Position numbers and translations under genes: made by a program
Assembly: GCF_963921235.1 (NCBI RefSeq)
Contig: NC_086109.1
Coordinates: 95,356,001-95,420,000 of the forward strand
Length of the DNA stretch: 64,000 nt
From: Mobula hypostoma
Taxonomy: Eukaryota
Direction: 5' to 3'
In this document: positions 13,657 through 27,110 of the stretch, piece by piece
How positions within the stretch are numbered: the first letter of the stretch is position 1
How the letters are laid out: every line of letters begins with the position of its first letter
The notes under the pieces: model-generated
Databases searched by the model: none
Seen by the model: only the letters and a program-made list of their open reading frames with translations
What the model was told of the DNA's origin: nothing

Positions 13657-14985
13657 TAGACAATAGACAATAGGTGCAGGAGTAGGCCATTCAGCCCTTT
13701 GAGCCAGCACCGCCATTCACTGTGATCATGGCTGATCATCCACAATCAGTACCCCGTTCCTGCCTTCTCCCCATATCCCTTGACTCCACTATCTTTAAGA
13801 GCTCTATCTAACTCTTTCTTGAAAGCATCCAAAGAATTGGCCTCCACTGCCTTCTGAGGCAGAGCATTCCACAGATCTACAACTCTCTGGGTGAAAAAGT
13901 TTTTCCTCAACTCCGTTCTAAATGGCCTACCCCTTATTCTTAAACTGTGGGCTTTGATCTGGACTCCCCAACATCGGGAACATGTTTCCTGCCTCTAGCA
14001 TGTCCAATCCCTTAATAATCTTATATATTTCAATCAGATCCCCTCTCATCCTTCTAAATTCCAGTGTATACAAGCCTAGTCACTCCAATCTTTCAACATA
14101 TGACAGTCTCGCCATCCCGGAAATTAACCTCGTGAGCCTACACTGCACCCCCTCAAAAGCAAGAATGTCCTTCCTCAAATTTGGAGACCAAAACTGCACA
14201 CAATACTCCAGGTGTGGTCTCACCAGGGCCCTGTACAACTGCAGAAGGACCTCTTTGCTCCGATACTCAACTCCCCCTTGTTATGAAGGCCAACATGCCA
14301 TTAGCTTTCTTCACTGCCTGCTGTACCTACATGCTTACTTTCAGGGTCTGATGAACAAGGACACCTAGATCTCATTGTACTTCCCCTTTTCCTAACTTGA
14401 CACCATTCAGATAGTAATCTGCCTTCCTGTTCTCGCCACCAAAGTGGATAACCTCACATTTATCCACATTAAACTGCATGTGCCATGCATCTGCCCACTC
14501 ACCCAACCTGTCCAAGTCACCCTGCATTCTCATGACATCCTCCTCACATTTCACACTGCCACCCAGCTTTGTGTCATCTGAAAATTTGCTAATGTTACTT
14601 CTAATCCCTTCATCTAAATCATTAATGTATATTGTAAATAGCTGAGGTCCCAGCACTGAGCCTTGTGGTACCCCACTAGTCACTGCCTGCCATTCTGAAA
14701 GGGACCCATTAATCCCTACTCTTTTTTTCCTGTCTGCCAACCAATTTTCTATCCACATCAGTACCCTACCCCCAATACCATGAGCTCCAATTTTGCCCAC
14801 TAATCTCCTATGTGGGACCTTATCAAAGGCTTTCTGAAAGTCCAGGTACACTACATCCACTGGCTCTCCCTTGTCCATTTTCATAGTTACATCCTCAAAA
14901 AATTCCAGTAGATTAGTCAAGCATGATTTCCCCTTCATAAATCCATGCTGACTCGGACCGATCCTGTTACTGCTATCCAAATACA
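13657..14985 (-). mobile_element. Young 5'-truncated CR1 LINE (RT domain and tail)
   Basis: ORF 14372-15019 contains QHGFMKGKSCLTNL, VYLDFQKAFDKVPH, GVPQGSVLGP and KFSDDTKL. The (TATTGTC)n tail is at ~13657. Confidence 0.92.
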
Positions 14986-15397
14986 GACTAAGACACAGGG
15001 GAAAATTTCCCCTGTTCACTTTAAATAAGGCTGTTGAACCTTTCAGGTAGGGCTTGGTTTAATGTCTTGCCCACATGCCCACAAATACCTGAAACATAGT
15101 GGTACAGCACTCATCTGTACTGGACTGGAGCATCGCTTTGTAATTCATGGGGAAGTCTACTGAGGCAAAGACAAGATTAGGACCTGCTAAATCACAATGG
15201 ATAAATGGACAGGAGGGGGACAGCAAAAGTCAAAGAGAGGTGGAAGTTGGCAACCACTTCTCTATCAACTGTTTTACCAGCGAGTACACTCACAATACAC
15301 TTGAATAACAGGATAATGCCAAGTACAAATTCCATAAGACCATAAGGCAGGGGAGCAGAATTAGACAATTTGACCCATTGAGACTGCTCCGCAATTC

Positions 15398-15497
15398 CAT
15401 CATGACTGATTTATTATCTCTCTCCTAATTTCTCCCTGTGACCTTTACATCATGACTGATTTATTATCTCTCTCCTAATTTCTCCCTGTGACCTTTA
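15398..15497. repeat. Perfect 50-bp tandem duplication
   Basis: CATCATGACTGATTTATTATCTCTCTCCTAATTTCTCCCTGTGACCTTTA occurs twice, inside a CR1 tail. Confidence 0.95.
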
Positions 15498-15968
15498 TAC
15501 TTTATACATTATTGTCGCCAAACAATTGGTACTAGAACGTACAATCATCACAGCGATATTTGATTCTGCGCTTCCCACTCCCTGGATTACAAATATTAAA
15601 TATTAAAAATAGTTAAAATTAGTAGATATTAAAAATTTAAATTATAAATCATAAATAGAAAATAGAAAAATGGAAAGTAAAGTAGTCCAAAAAAACCGAG
15701 AGGCAGGTCCGGATATTTGGAGGGTACAGCACAGATCCGGGTCAGGATCCGTTCAGCAGTCTTATCACAGTTGGAAAGAAGCTGTTCCCAAAACTGGCCA
15801 TACAAGTTTTCAAGCTCTTGAGCCTTCTCCCGTTGGGAAGAGGGACGACAAGTGTGTTGGCTGGGTGGGTCGTGTCCTTGATTATCCCGGCAGCACTGCT
15901 CCGACAGCGTGCAGTGTAAAGTGAGTCCAAGGACGGAACATTGGTTTGTGTGATGTGCTGCACCATGT
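15498..15968 (-). mobile_element. Rex/Babar-like LINE 3' end nested in a CR1 tail (15335-16090)
   Basis: LDSLYTARCRSSAAGIIKDTTHPAN..LPNGRRLKS..NSFFPTVIRLLN. The CR1 sequence resumes at ~15969. Confidence 0.8.
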
Positions 15969-16264
15969 TAACGCCCTTATTAATCAAAAACCTATCAATA
16001 TCCACTTTAAATATACCCAATGACTTGGTCGCCACCGCTGCCTGTGGCAATGAATTCCACAGATTCACCACCCTCTGGCTAAAGAAGACCAGGAGTGGTG
16101 TCTGAACACAATCACTGAAGGTTGAATGGCAGATCAAGCTGCACAAGCAGATGGTTCAATGGTCTGAATTCCTTTTTGCTGATTTGAGGCCTGTTGTTTT
16201 GTCTAAATTCACATGGTATTAGTGTCTTTTCCATTTGGATCCAATCTCTACTGAAACACAAGCT

Positions 16265-16987
16265 GCCAACATTGTCCAGCCACTAAGCAACCATATTGAT
16301 TTCTCTTTCTGGAAAAAATGTTTCCCTCTTCTTCTATTGCCCACTCTGGCCTCTTGCCTCTTCTCACCTGCCTACCACCTCCCCCGGGCCTCCTCCTCCT
16401 TCATGGGCCGGGTTTAATCAATGTGGTTTGTGGAGCGGACTCTGTAGTGTATGTGATGATGTGTTTCTGGTGTCTGGTTGCTCCTTGTTTTGTTGCTATT
16501 TTGTGTGATTTTGATCTGAGGCCTGCACATAACAAACAACACAGCGCTAGACTGAATTGAACTGAATATTCCTGGACCCTTTCGATGACTTTGTGGTTTG
16601 GTGTTTTATATTCTGTGTCTTTTGCTTGGTTTTTTTTGCTGTTTGCCTGATTCTTTTTTAGCGCATTGGGGGTTTGATGTCTTTCTTTGAATGGGTTCCA
16701 TGGTTTTCTTCATTTCGTGGCTGTCTTTGGGAAGATGAACTATGGACTACTCCCCTTTCCTATCAGACTCCTTCCTCGCCAGCCTTTTACCATTCACACC
16801 CACCTGACTTCACCTATCACCTTCTAGTTATCCTCCTTCCCCTACCACCCCCACCTTTTACTCTGGTGTCTTCCCCCTTCCTTTCCAGTCCCGGAGAAAG
16901 GTCTCGGCCTGAAACATTGACTGTTTATTCATTTCCATAGGTGCTGCCTGACCTGCTGAGTTCCTCCAGCATTTTGTGTGTGTTGCA
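16265..16987 (+). mobile_element. Degenerate Penelope terminal repeat with a nested ~320-bp repeat
   Basis: Pyrimidine-rich body followed by CCAGTCCCGGAGAAAGGTCTCGGCCTGAAACATTGACTG..GCTGAGTTCCTCCAGCATTTTGTGTG. Confidence 0.7.
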
Positions 16988-17499
16988 TCCAATAGATACT
17001 TGCCTGAGCACCATGAAATGCAATTTTGATGATTAGCACGTGAAATACTACAAGCAGAATGGTAATAAACTTCTACAGAGGTATTGTTGGAAGTATCTTG
17101 ACTGGTTGTATCAAGGTCTGGTACAGCAATTCAAATGTGCTGAAATTAGAATTGGTTTATTATTGTTGCATGTACTGAGAAACAGTGAAAAGCTGCATCA
17201 CTGTATCACAGATCAGATCATTACACAATGCTTAAGGTAGAACAGTGTAAAACAGAAACAATGCAGAATAAAGTGTAACAGCTACAGACACAGTGCAGTG
17301 CAGGTAAGGGAAAACAGTGCAAGATCATAACAAGGCAGATTGTGAGGCCAAGAGTCCAACTTATCGTACGAGGGAACTATTTAATGGTCTTATAACAGTG
17401 GGGTAGAAGCTTTTGTTGAGCCTGATGGTACGTGCTTTCAGACTTTGTGGCTTTGTGACCAAGTCTGTGGACAACACGAAGATAGCTGGTGGGGGCATG

Positions 17500-19115
17500 G
17501 GGGGGCGGTGGCAATTAGTGTTGACAAAGCAGGAAGTTTGCAGAAGAACTTGTACAGATTAGGGGAATGGTCAAAGAAGTGGCAGATGGAATACGGTGTG
17601 GGAAGTGTATGGCAGATGGAATACGGTGTATGGTCATGCACTGTGGTGAAAGGAGTAAAAGCACAGGCTATTTCCTAAACAGGGAGCAAATTCAGAAATC
17701 AGAGGTGCAAAGGGACTTGGAGTCCTCATGCAGAATTCCCTAAAGTTTAACTTATAAATTGAGTTGGTGGTAAAGAAAGCAAATACAATATTAGCATACA
17801 TTTTGACAGGACTAGAACATAAAAACAAGGATGTAATGCTAAGACTTTATAAGTCGTTGGTCAGACAGCACTTGGAGTATTGTGAGCAGTTTTGGGTCCC
17901 TTATCCAAGAAAGGATATGCTGGCATTTGAGAGGCTCCAGAGATTTACGAGAGGGAGAAAACTCAGCCATAATAGAATGGCAGAGCAGATTTGATGGGCT
18001 AAATGGCCTAATTTTGTTCCTATGTCTTATGGTTGTTTGCATCTTCTTCCCAGCGGAAGAGGAAAGAAAAAAGAAAATCAGAGTCTTTGATTATGCTGGC
18101 TGCTTTACTGAGGCAGCAAGAAGTGTAGGCAGTGTATGGAAGAGTGGCTGGTTTCTGTGATGTGCTGAGCTATATCTAAACCTCTCTGTGGTTTCTTGTA
18201 GTCACATGCAGTGCAGTTGCCATACCAAGCCATTAAGCATCCAGACAGGATGCTTTCCATGGCGCATTGATAAAAATTGGTCAATGTTCATAGAAACATG
18301 CTAAATTTCTTTCCCTTCATGAGGAAGTAGAGGCATTGGTGAGCTTTCTTGGCTGTGATATTTACGTGCTTAGGCCACAACAGGCTACTGGTGATGTTCA
18401 TTCCGAGCAACCTGAAGCTCTCAACCTCAGCACTATGGATGTAGACAGAGGCTTGTGCACTGTCCCCCCTTCCTGAGGTCAATGACCAGCTCTTTTGTTC
18501 TGTTGACATTGAGGGGAAGGTTGTCGTCATGACAACACGTCACTAAACTCCCTATCTCCTTCCAGTAATCTGACTCATCGTTACTTGGCCACTGTGGTGA
18601 CATCATCTGCAAATGTGCAGATATGTAAGAAGCTGCCAAGAGTAGCAGACTCTGCTAAAAACATCACCGTACATCCCTCCCTACCATCGGTAGCATATAG
18701 AGGAGGCACTGCTTTAAGACAGTATCCATCTTCAAAGAACCCACCACCTGACCCATACAACTTTCTCACAGCTACTAACGGGCAGGAGATGCAGAAGTTT
18801 GAAGTCCTACAGCGCCATGTTTAAAAAACAGCTACTTCCCTTCAACCATTTGGTACTTGAACTAACTGGCACAACCTTAATCTCTACAGTTCAGCATCAC
18901 TTTGATCACTTTGCACCACAATGGACTGTTTCGTTTTGCTTTAGTTGTATTCTTTCTTGTAAAATGTTGTATTTCATTTATGTATGATTTATGTTTTTTA
19001 TTATGTATGCTGTTTATCTGATGCTATGTGCCTGTGATGCTGATGTGAGTAAATTTTTCATTGCATCTTGTGCATACGTGGACTTGTGCAGATGACAGTA
19101 AACTCAGCTTTGACT
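17500..19115. mobile_element. LINE cluster: CR1 (+, ~17500-18035), Rex/Babar-like (-, ~18045-18600) and Rex/Babar-like (+, ~18610-19115)
   Basis: Motifs LYKSLVRQHLEYCEQFW, LPLNVNRTKELVIDLRK and AKKAHQCLYFL. Confidence 0.7.
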
Positions 19116-20072
19116 AAGGAGATTGTTCCACTGGAAAGGCAGAATAAAAAAAAAGAATTGACAGTCCAACTCAGTAACAACAACTCCAGAGTGGAGACAA
19201 TTAGTCCTGCACCTGAAATCTAGAAAAGAAAGGATACATAAATAGTGGACTATATCCTTCTAAACAGTCTGCTGAGGATTGGTTCAGAGCAAGTTAACAA
19301 GTAGTTGTGTATATAGTGTTTTACAAATATGGACACTGTTTTAGAAAATTAAACTTTAGAATAAATGTACTTGTAAAGACATCCATAATCTCACAGTAAT
19401 AATTAAAAGGTTAATTAAAGTGATGTTTGAGCTCTCCATCAGACATTGTGGAGGAGCATCAGCGGAGGTCTCAGTCAATCTCAGAATCAGGCTTAATATA
19501 ACCAGCATATGTTGTGAAATTTGTTAACTTTGCGTTAAATTAAGTAAGTAGTGCAAAAACAGAAATAGAGGAAGTAGTGAGGTAGTGTTCATGGGTTCAA
19601 TGTCCATTCAGAAATCGGATAGCAGATGGAAAGAAGCTGTTCTTGAATCACTGAGTGTGTGCCTTCAGGCTTCTGTATCTCTTTCTTGATGAACAACAAG
19701 AAAAGGGCATGATCTAGGTGATGGGAGTCCTTAATGATGGACGCTGACTTTTTGAGGCATCACTCCTTGAAGGCGTCTTGGATACAATGGAGACTGGTAC
19801 CCTGTAAATAGAGCTGGCTAATTTACAACTCCCTGCAGTTTACAGTGATGCAGCCAGTCAAGAATGCTCTCCATGGTACATCTTTCAATTAATAAACACA
19901 AGAGATTCTGTAGATGCTGGAAACCTCTCAGAACTGATATGATTTTGCTACACACATCTAATTTGTTGATAGCTCATTGGTGAACAGCACATTTGACAGG
20001 TAATTCTGTTTGTAGGATGATAAGCGTTGCCCAAATTAATATCATTAAACTGGATTTCACCTGTCTGACTTT

Positions 20073-21147
20073 CAGCTGCTGACCCATAAAAAAGATTTAC
20101 TGTCTTGATGGGAGTAAACTATAAATTATAAAAATTACAAGTTTTCAGTTTTGATCCCCTCTATCAAATTGCTGTTGCTTTAATTTATTAAATACATTGA
20201 TTATGTTAATGAGAACAAACTCATCTTAAAAATGAATAATTTGTAAAAATGCCAGCAGGTAAAACATGAATCAAGAAGAACATCAAAGGATGAATCAAAA
20301 AGACATTTGTCACTCTCTCCAGTCAGTTCCCACAATCAAATATAATTTGCAATGACCAGAGGCAATTTCATATCAATTCAATTACAATAACTCTCAATCT
20401 TACTCACAGCAACAGTCAGGGGAAAGTATTAAAACATGAAAGCTGACTGGGATGAGTCCCACTTCACTAGGTCAAGTACACCTTAACAGGGTAGATTGAA
20501 GAAAGTCAATAAATTCACAATAAAGTGTTCAAAAATATTTTGGAGACATTTTCCAGTAAGCAGTAGTGGAACTCATTGAGTCCTAGATTCAACACTTCTA
20601 CTGGGTTTCATTCTTGGCTGAGTGTATGCCAAGTTCACACAATTACTCAGCTCTTGTCACTATTTTGACTTCAATGATAAAGACAATGCAATCTCTTATG
20701 ATCTTAAAATTAAATTACATTTTTAACTTGACAGAAAATTTACTTCAAAATCTAGTTTAGTTTTTGAATTGGAAACATTCACTAACAAGGCAGGAAGATT
20801 TAATCTGCGTCCTCTACATCAGAAGGCTAAGAGATAAAATCCCTCCAATGGCTTAAGCAAATGACCTATGATACGCTTAGAGGAGTATTGAGTGTCCAGA
20901 TTGTAGTTATTGCCTGAACTTTCTCTCACTGACATTATCTTTGACTTACATCAATAAGCAGACCATTTGAAATATCTTTACAAATTATTTATTTTTAAAA
21001 TGAGTTTATTCTCATTAATGTATTCAACATATTTAATAAAACAACAGCAATTTGACAGAGGGGATCAAAACTGAAATGCTTGTAATTTTTATAATTTATA
21101 GTTTACTCCCATCAAGACAGTAAATCTTTTTCAGGGGTCGGCAGCTG
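20073..21147. mobile_element. Putative MITE/fold-back element with ~175-bp terminal inverted repeats
   Basis: The arms at 20073-~20250 and ~20975-21147 are reverse complements, with CAGCTG termini and a 53-nt perfect core. The interior is AT-rich and has no listed ORF. Confidence 0.7.
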
Positions 21148-21218
21148 TAGTAATTATTCTCTCAGATAGGTGAAATCCTATTTAATGATATTAATTTTGG
21201 CAATGGTGATCATACTAT

Positions 21219-21450
21219 GGGGGCAGCATAGCAGCGTAGTGCTTAGTGTAAGACTTCACGGCACCATCTGTAAGATTGGAGTTCAATTCCTGTCGCTCTC
21301 TGTAAGGAGTTTGTACGCTGTCCCTGCGACCACAAGGGTTTCCTCTGCAGTTTCCACCCACGGTCTAAAGACATATGGGTTAGGGTTAGTAAATTGTAGG
21401 CATGCTATCTTGGTGCCAGAAGCATGGTGACACTTTCGGGCTGCCCACCA
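21219..21450 (+). mobile_element. V-SINE
   Basis: GGGGGCAGCATAGCAGCGTAGTGCTTAG, GGAGTTCAATTCC and TCTGTAAGGAGTTTGTACG. Confidence 0.75.
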
Positions 21451-21624
21451 CCCACCCTACAAATAACACCATAAGATATAGGAGCAAAATTAGGCTATCT
21501 GGCCCATTGAGTCTTTTCTGCCATTTCATCACGGCTGATCCATTTTCCCTCTCATCCTCAGTGCAAACAAGGTACTTCATTGTATGTTTCAATGTACATA
21601 TGCCAAATAATCTTTTTTACATAC

Positions 21625-21990
21625 AAAAGATTCAGTAAATGCAGGAAATCCAGAGCAACACACACAAAATGTCAGGAGAACTCAGCAGGCCGGGTAGCAT
21701 CTATGGAAATGAATATACAGTCAACCTTTTGGGCTGACACCCTTCTTCAGGACTGGAAAAGAAAGGGGAAGACACAGAATAAAAAGGTAAGAGGGAGGGG
21801 GAGGAGGACTAGCTAGATGGTGATAGGTGAAGCCAGGTGGGTGGGGAATACAAAGGGCTGGGGAGGAAGGAAACTAACTGGAGAGGAGAGTGGACCATGG
21901 GAGAAAGGGAAGGTGGAGGAGGTGATAGGCAGGCGAGGAGAAGAGTTAAAGGGCCAGAGTGGGAAATAGAAGAAGGAAGGGGGGGGGGAA
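21625..21990 (-). mobile_element. Penelope terminal repeat
   Basis: The minus strand has CAGTCCTGAAGAAGGGTGTCAGCCCAAAAGGTTGACTG, a mutated hammerhead motif. Confidence 0.7.
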
Positions 21991-22374
21991 TGTTAATACA
22001 TTTTCTTCATGAGATATGAATACCTCTGGCAATGCCAGTATTTATTACCCATCCCTAACGTTTGAATTGAGAAGAGTGTAGATCCAACCATATGCATGGG
22101 TCTGGAATCACAAACAAGCCAGAACAGCAAACAGCATCATATTCTTTCCTTGAAGGTTATCAGTGAATCCGATGGATTTCCTAGACTGGTGTTTTCAGTC
22201 ACCATTACTGAAACTAGCTTTTCCTTAGAGCACTTGTTATTACAGCTAAGAATTTCCTGAAGACTCACCGACCTATGAAAAGGAGATGTTTGTTACTTTT
22301 ATACGTGGGCCTGAGGGAATTAACAAGATCACATTGTATACCCTGGTCTGCACACACAGATAGAACATCAGATT

Positions 22375-23265
22375 AGTCATAGTCATAGTCATAGTCATAC
22401 TTTATTGATCCCGGGGGAAATTGGCAACTTGGACAGCATCCTCTTTTCAGACACAACCGTCAGAGAGTCCAGTTCCATCCCCACAACATCACTGGCCTTA
22501 CGAATGAGTTTGTTGCTTCTGTTGGTGTCTGCTACCCTCAGCCTGCTGCCCCGGCACACAACGGCAAACATGGTGGCACTGGCCACCACAGACTCATAGA
22601 ACATCCTCAGCATCGTCCGGCAGATGTTAAAGGACCTCAGTCTCCTCAGGAAATAGAGACGGCTCTGACCCTTCTTGTAGACAGCCTCAGTGTTCTTTGA
22701 CCTGCCCAGTTTATTGTCAATTCGTATCCCCAGGTATTTGTAATCTTCCACCATGTCCACCCTGACCCCCTGGATGGAAACAGGGGTCATCGGTACCTTA
22801 GCTCTCCTCAGATCTACCACCAGCTCCTTAGTCTTTTTCACATTAAGCTGCAGATAATTCTGCTCACACCATGTGACAAAGTTTCCTACCGTAGCCCTGT
22901 ACTCAGCCTCATCTCCCTTGCTGATGCATCCAACTATGGCAGAGTCATCCGAAAACTTCTGAAGATGACAAGACTCTGTGTAGTAGTTAATAGAGGTGTA
23001 AATGGTGAAGAGAAAAGGAGACAAGACAGTCCCCTGTGGAGCCCCAGTGCTGCTGATCACTCTGTCGGACACACAGTGTTGCAAGCACACGTACTGTGGT
23101 CTGCCAGTCAGGTAATCAAGAATCCATGACACCAGGAAAGCATCCACCTGCATCGTTATCAGCTTCTCCCCCAGCAGAGCAGGGCGGATGGTGTTGAACG
23201 CACTGGAGAAGTCAAAAAACATGACCCTCACAGTGCTCGCTGGCTTGTCCAGGTGGGCGTAGACA
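22375..23265 (-). mobile_element. Young Rex1/Babar-type LINE, 5'-truncated, with an internal 3' deletion
   Basis: The 278-aa ORF has FFDFSSAFNTI, GAPQGTVLSP, KFSDD and LYFLRRLRSF, and there is an (ATGACT)4 tail. About 255 bp present in the 38.5-kb copy are missing. Confidence 0.9.
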
Positions 23266-25859
23266 GGAATTCTGCCTGTTCATACTCAAACTATTTGATC
23301 TCTTCCCTCCTTAGTTAGCACAAAAGTTAGATAATTTTATTGAGTTCTGATGAAGGTTCTTGGCTCAAAACGTCAACTTCTATTCCCCTCTATGGATGCT
23401 GCCTGCTGAGTTCCTCCAGCATTTTGTGTGTGTTGCGCTGGACCTCCAGCATCTGTGGAATCTCTTGTGTCTTTAATTTTAATTGAACATGATTTTTGGT
23501 GAAAATTGAGCGAGTAAAGAGAGGATGAAATGTTAACACCAGGTAATTATCATGATTAAGGTAAGGCTAAAGTTGAGCAAGACATGTTGGACAATAACTG
23601 CCCTGATTGTGATTGGGGAATCAGAGAAGGAGCATACAATAATTGACCAATAGGAATGATAATAAATTACAGTGGCCTTAGGAAAGATCCAGTTGAAGTT
23701 TGGTGATGGGAGTTAGACAAGAGTAAGGTGAATTTCCCTCTGAGTATGGAGACAGAATATGAATAGTCTATAAAGACAATACAGGAATGGACCATCCTCC
23801 ATTGAATGACCAATTCTTTCTTATCATGTTAAAGGAGGGAATGATACAGTCTTTGCAGTGGGATTTATAATGGTGTGGACCCATTGAGGTTTGGGCAGAA
23901 GAATTAGAAAGCCAAAGGGCTAAGAGCAAAAGGAACGTTGCCAGAGTTACAACCACAGCAGGAAGCCAGATGTTGATATACTTCAGCTGCAAACAAACAG
24001 AACACAATGCTTGAGATTGTAAGGCAATCTACTGGAGTTTTGGTTGACGTAGGGTAATTTAACTGTCTGTTGCCTATGCATGATCTACAATCTCCAGCAT
24101 CTCATTGAACTTAAAAGTCTTTTTAAAATGTGTATTACTGTGTTGAGCTGCTTAACCTTTGAAAGCAATTCATAATAAGTTTATCAACTGATCTGAAGTG
24201 TGTAGATGCATTGTGTATTTTAGTATGCGGCCTGAAGCTTGACAATCTTTTGAGTTACGCAGGAGACAGTCATAGAACACTATAACACTGAAACAGCCTC
24301 TTCAGCCCATCTAGTCCATGCCAAACTATTAACCTTCCTAGTCCCATCAACCCGCACTGAACCATAGCCCTCCATACCCCTCCCATTCATGGACCTGTGC
24401 AAATTTCTCTTAAATATTGAAACTGAACTCGGATCCATCACTTCTGCTGGCAGCTCGTCCCACACTCTCACCACCCTCTGAGTGAAGCAGAGGGTGTTTC
24501 CCTTAAACAGTTCACCTTTCACCCTTAAACAAAGACCTCTAGTTCTAGTATCACCAAACCACAGCGGAAAAAGCCTGCTTGCATTTACCCTATCGATACC
24601 CCTCATACAGGTAGAGTGAATGTTTGTGACAGCAAAGCTTGATGGTACTCATGACATCTATGCTAGAAGATAATTTTAATTAGTCATTTGACAAGAGACA
24701 GAGTCTCCTTAAAAAAAATCATTTGAATATAAAACTTACGTGAAGCTCCACGTGCCTGCTGCCTGTTTCACTGAACTGCTGAGAGGTGAAAGATGTTAAC
24801 CCTTCGTATTTCTGTCTTTATTGATAAAAGTGTTCCATTTTATCTTTCTTGATCAAGAATGTTTAAGACTTATAAAGTGCTAATTATTTTCTTTTTGGTT
24901 TTATTTTTTTCCCCTGCTACCTGAGGAAATCCAAAGGTGCCTGTAAGAAGAATAGCAAAAAGTTGTAATCATCTGGTTCTGTAATAACTATGCCTCTGTG
25001 TATACCTTTCATTCTGACTTTGTGACTGACCTGTGATGAAATAAGTGCAAAATTCCACAACAGCCATGCGTATTTCTGGTTAACTCTGCAAGAATCTCTA
25101 CATCCGGGCAAGAGATCCTATATACAGTACAAGAGATCCCGATGAAGGGTCTCGGCCCAAAACGTCAACTGTTTATTCCCCCATAAATGCTGCCTGACCT
25201 GCTGAGTTCCCCCTGCATTTTTTGTGCGTTACTCTGGATTTCCAGCATCTGCAGAATCTCTTGTGTTTCTCATATATTAAAAACTGGCAATTAATGTGTA
25301 ATTTGAATTGACAATTTAGAAAACTGTTTTGGGGATAATTGACATATACTCTCAAATATTGTCTTCTTTAATAAGGATGTTTTCTCTCCTTAGGTTAACA
25401 AAAATATTAGCTGTGGACTGAAGACATGATGGGCTGAACGGTCTCCTTCCTTGCTGTAATCTTTCTGTGATTCTGTGAATTATATTCTCTCAGAGAAGTT
25501 TGTGTCTTTGTCCATGAACATTTTAAAGGACTGCCTTTTATAAATGACTGCTGCCTAAGAAATGAACAGAGGAATGTGGATGTTCGAGTTGCTTGTCTTC
25601 TTCTGAAGATTACCTGGATGCCAATAGATCGTACGAGATGACCTGATAGGACATGATGTGTTATGGGGATAACACAATGAACATACAATGTGATTACAAG
25701 TTAGACAACAAGCTATGGGAATGCACAGTTAATTTGCACTACAGAATGAGTCTCAGACATGCACAGTTGTTTGACAATCAAGAAAGACTGAAACCAAAGT
25801 TGAGAGAGGGCTATAGCTTGAGGCAGCTAAAGGCTAAGCAAAGGTAATCATTTGCAATG

Positions 25860-26047
25860 ATACACAAAATGTTGGAGGAACTCAGCAGGTTAAGCAGCAC
25901 CTGTAGTGGGAAATGAACAGTCAACATTTTGGCTCAGACACTTCATCAGAACTGATTTCCTTCCATAAATGCTGCTTGACCTGCTGAGTTCCTCCGGCAT
26001 TTTGTGTGTGTTGATCAAGATTTCCAGCATTTGCAGAACCTCTTGTC
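25860..26047. mobile_element. Fold-back Penelope terminal-repeat derivative
   Basis: Inverted arms at 25862-25898 and 25971-26007 surround a degenerate minus-strand hammerhead. Confidence 0.75.
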
Positions 26048-26139
26048 TCCAACTTGCAGTGGTGGTTTATGGGGTGGAAACATTTAAAAAGGAGTACTAA
26101 AAGTCATTGAATGTCCTGACATAATGCTGATCTATTGGG

Positions 26140-27110
26140 ACTGCTTTTTTTTATGTTGTATATCAATAACATAGCTGATGAAACAGATGGCTTTGATGCC
26201 AAGTTTGCAGATGATATAACAATTGGTGGAGGGGCAGGTAGTGTTGAGGAAACAGATAGGCTGCAGAAGGACTTAGATTAGGAGAATGGAAAAGAAAGTG
26301 GCAGATGAAATATAATGTTGCAAAATGCACGGTCATGCACTTTGGTAGTAGAAATAAATGTGTGGACTATTTTCTAAAAGGGGAGGAAATCCAAAAATCT
26401 GAGATGCAAAGGGACTTGGGAGTCCTTGTGCAGAACACTCTAAGGTTAGGGTTGAGTCGGTAGTGAGAAAGTTAAATAAAATGTTAGCATTCATTTCAAG
26501 AGGTCTAGAAAACAAGAGCTGGGATGTGATGTCAAGGCTTCATAAGACCTCACTTTGAGTATCGTGAACAGTTCTGGGCTCCTCATCTAAGAAAAGATGT
26601 GCTAGCATTGGAGAGGGTTCAGAGGAGGTTCGCAAAGATGATTCCGGGAATGAAAGGGTTATCATACAAGGAACGTTTAATAGCTCTAGGTCTGTAATCG
26701 CTTTAATTTACAAAGATAAGGGGGGATTTAATTGAAACCTTTCGAATGTTGAAAGGCTTAGACAGAGTAGATGTGGAAAGGATGTTTCCCATGGTGGGTG
26801 AGTCTACGACAAGAGAGCACAACCTCAAAATAGTGGGGCATCCATTTAAAATAGAGATGAGGAGAAATTACTTTAGCAAGAGGGTGGTGAATTTGTGGAA
26901 TTTGTTACCACAGGCAGCTGTAGGCCAGGTTGTTGGGTGTACTTGAGACAGAGCTTGATAGGTTCTTAATTGGCCACAGCATCAAAGGTTATGGGGAGAA
27001 AGCTGGGGAGCAGGGGTGAGGAGGGGAAAAAAGGGTCAGCCATGATTGAATGGTGGAGCAGACTCAATAGGCCAAATGGCCTATTTCTGCTCCTATGATT
27101 TATATAGTCT
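26140..27110 (+). mobile_element. CR1 LINE RT 3' fragment
   Basis: AKFADD, LERVQRRF and DRVDVERMFPMVGES motifs, and the tail GGCCTATTTCTGCTCCTATG. Confidence 0.85.
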
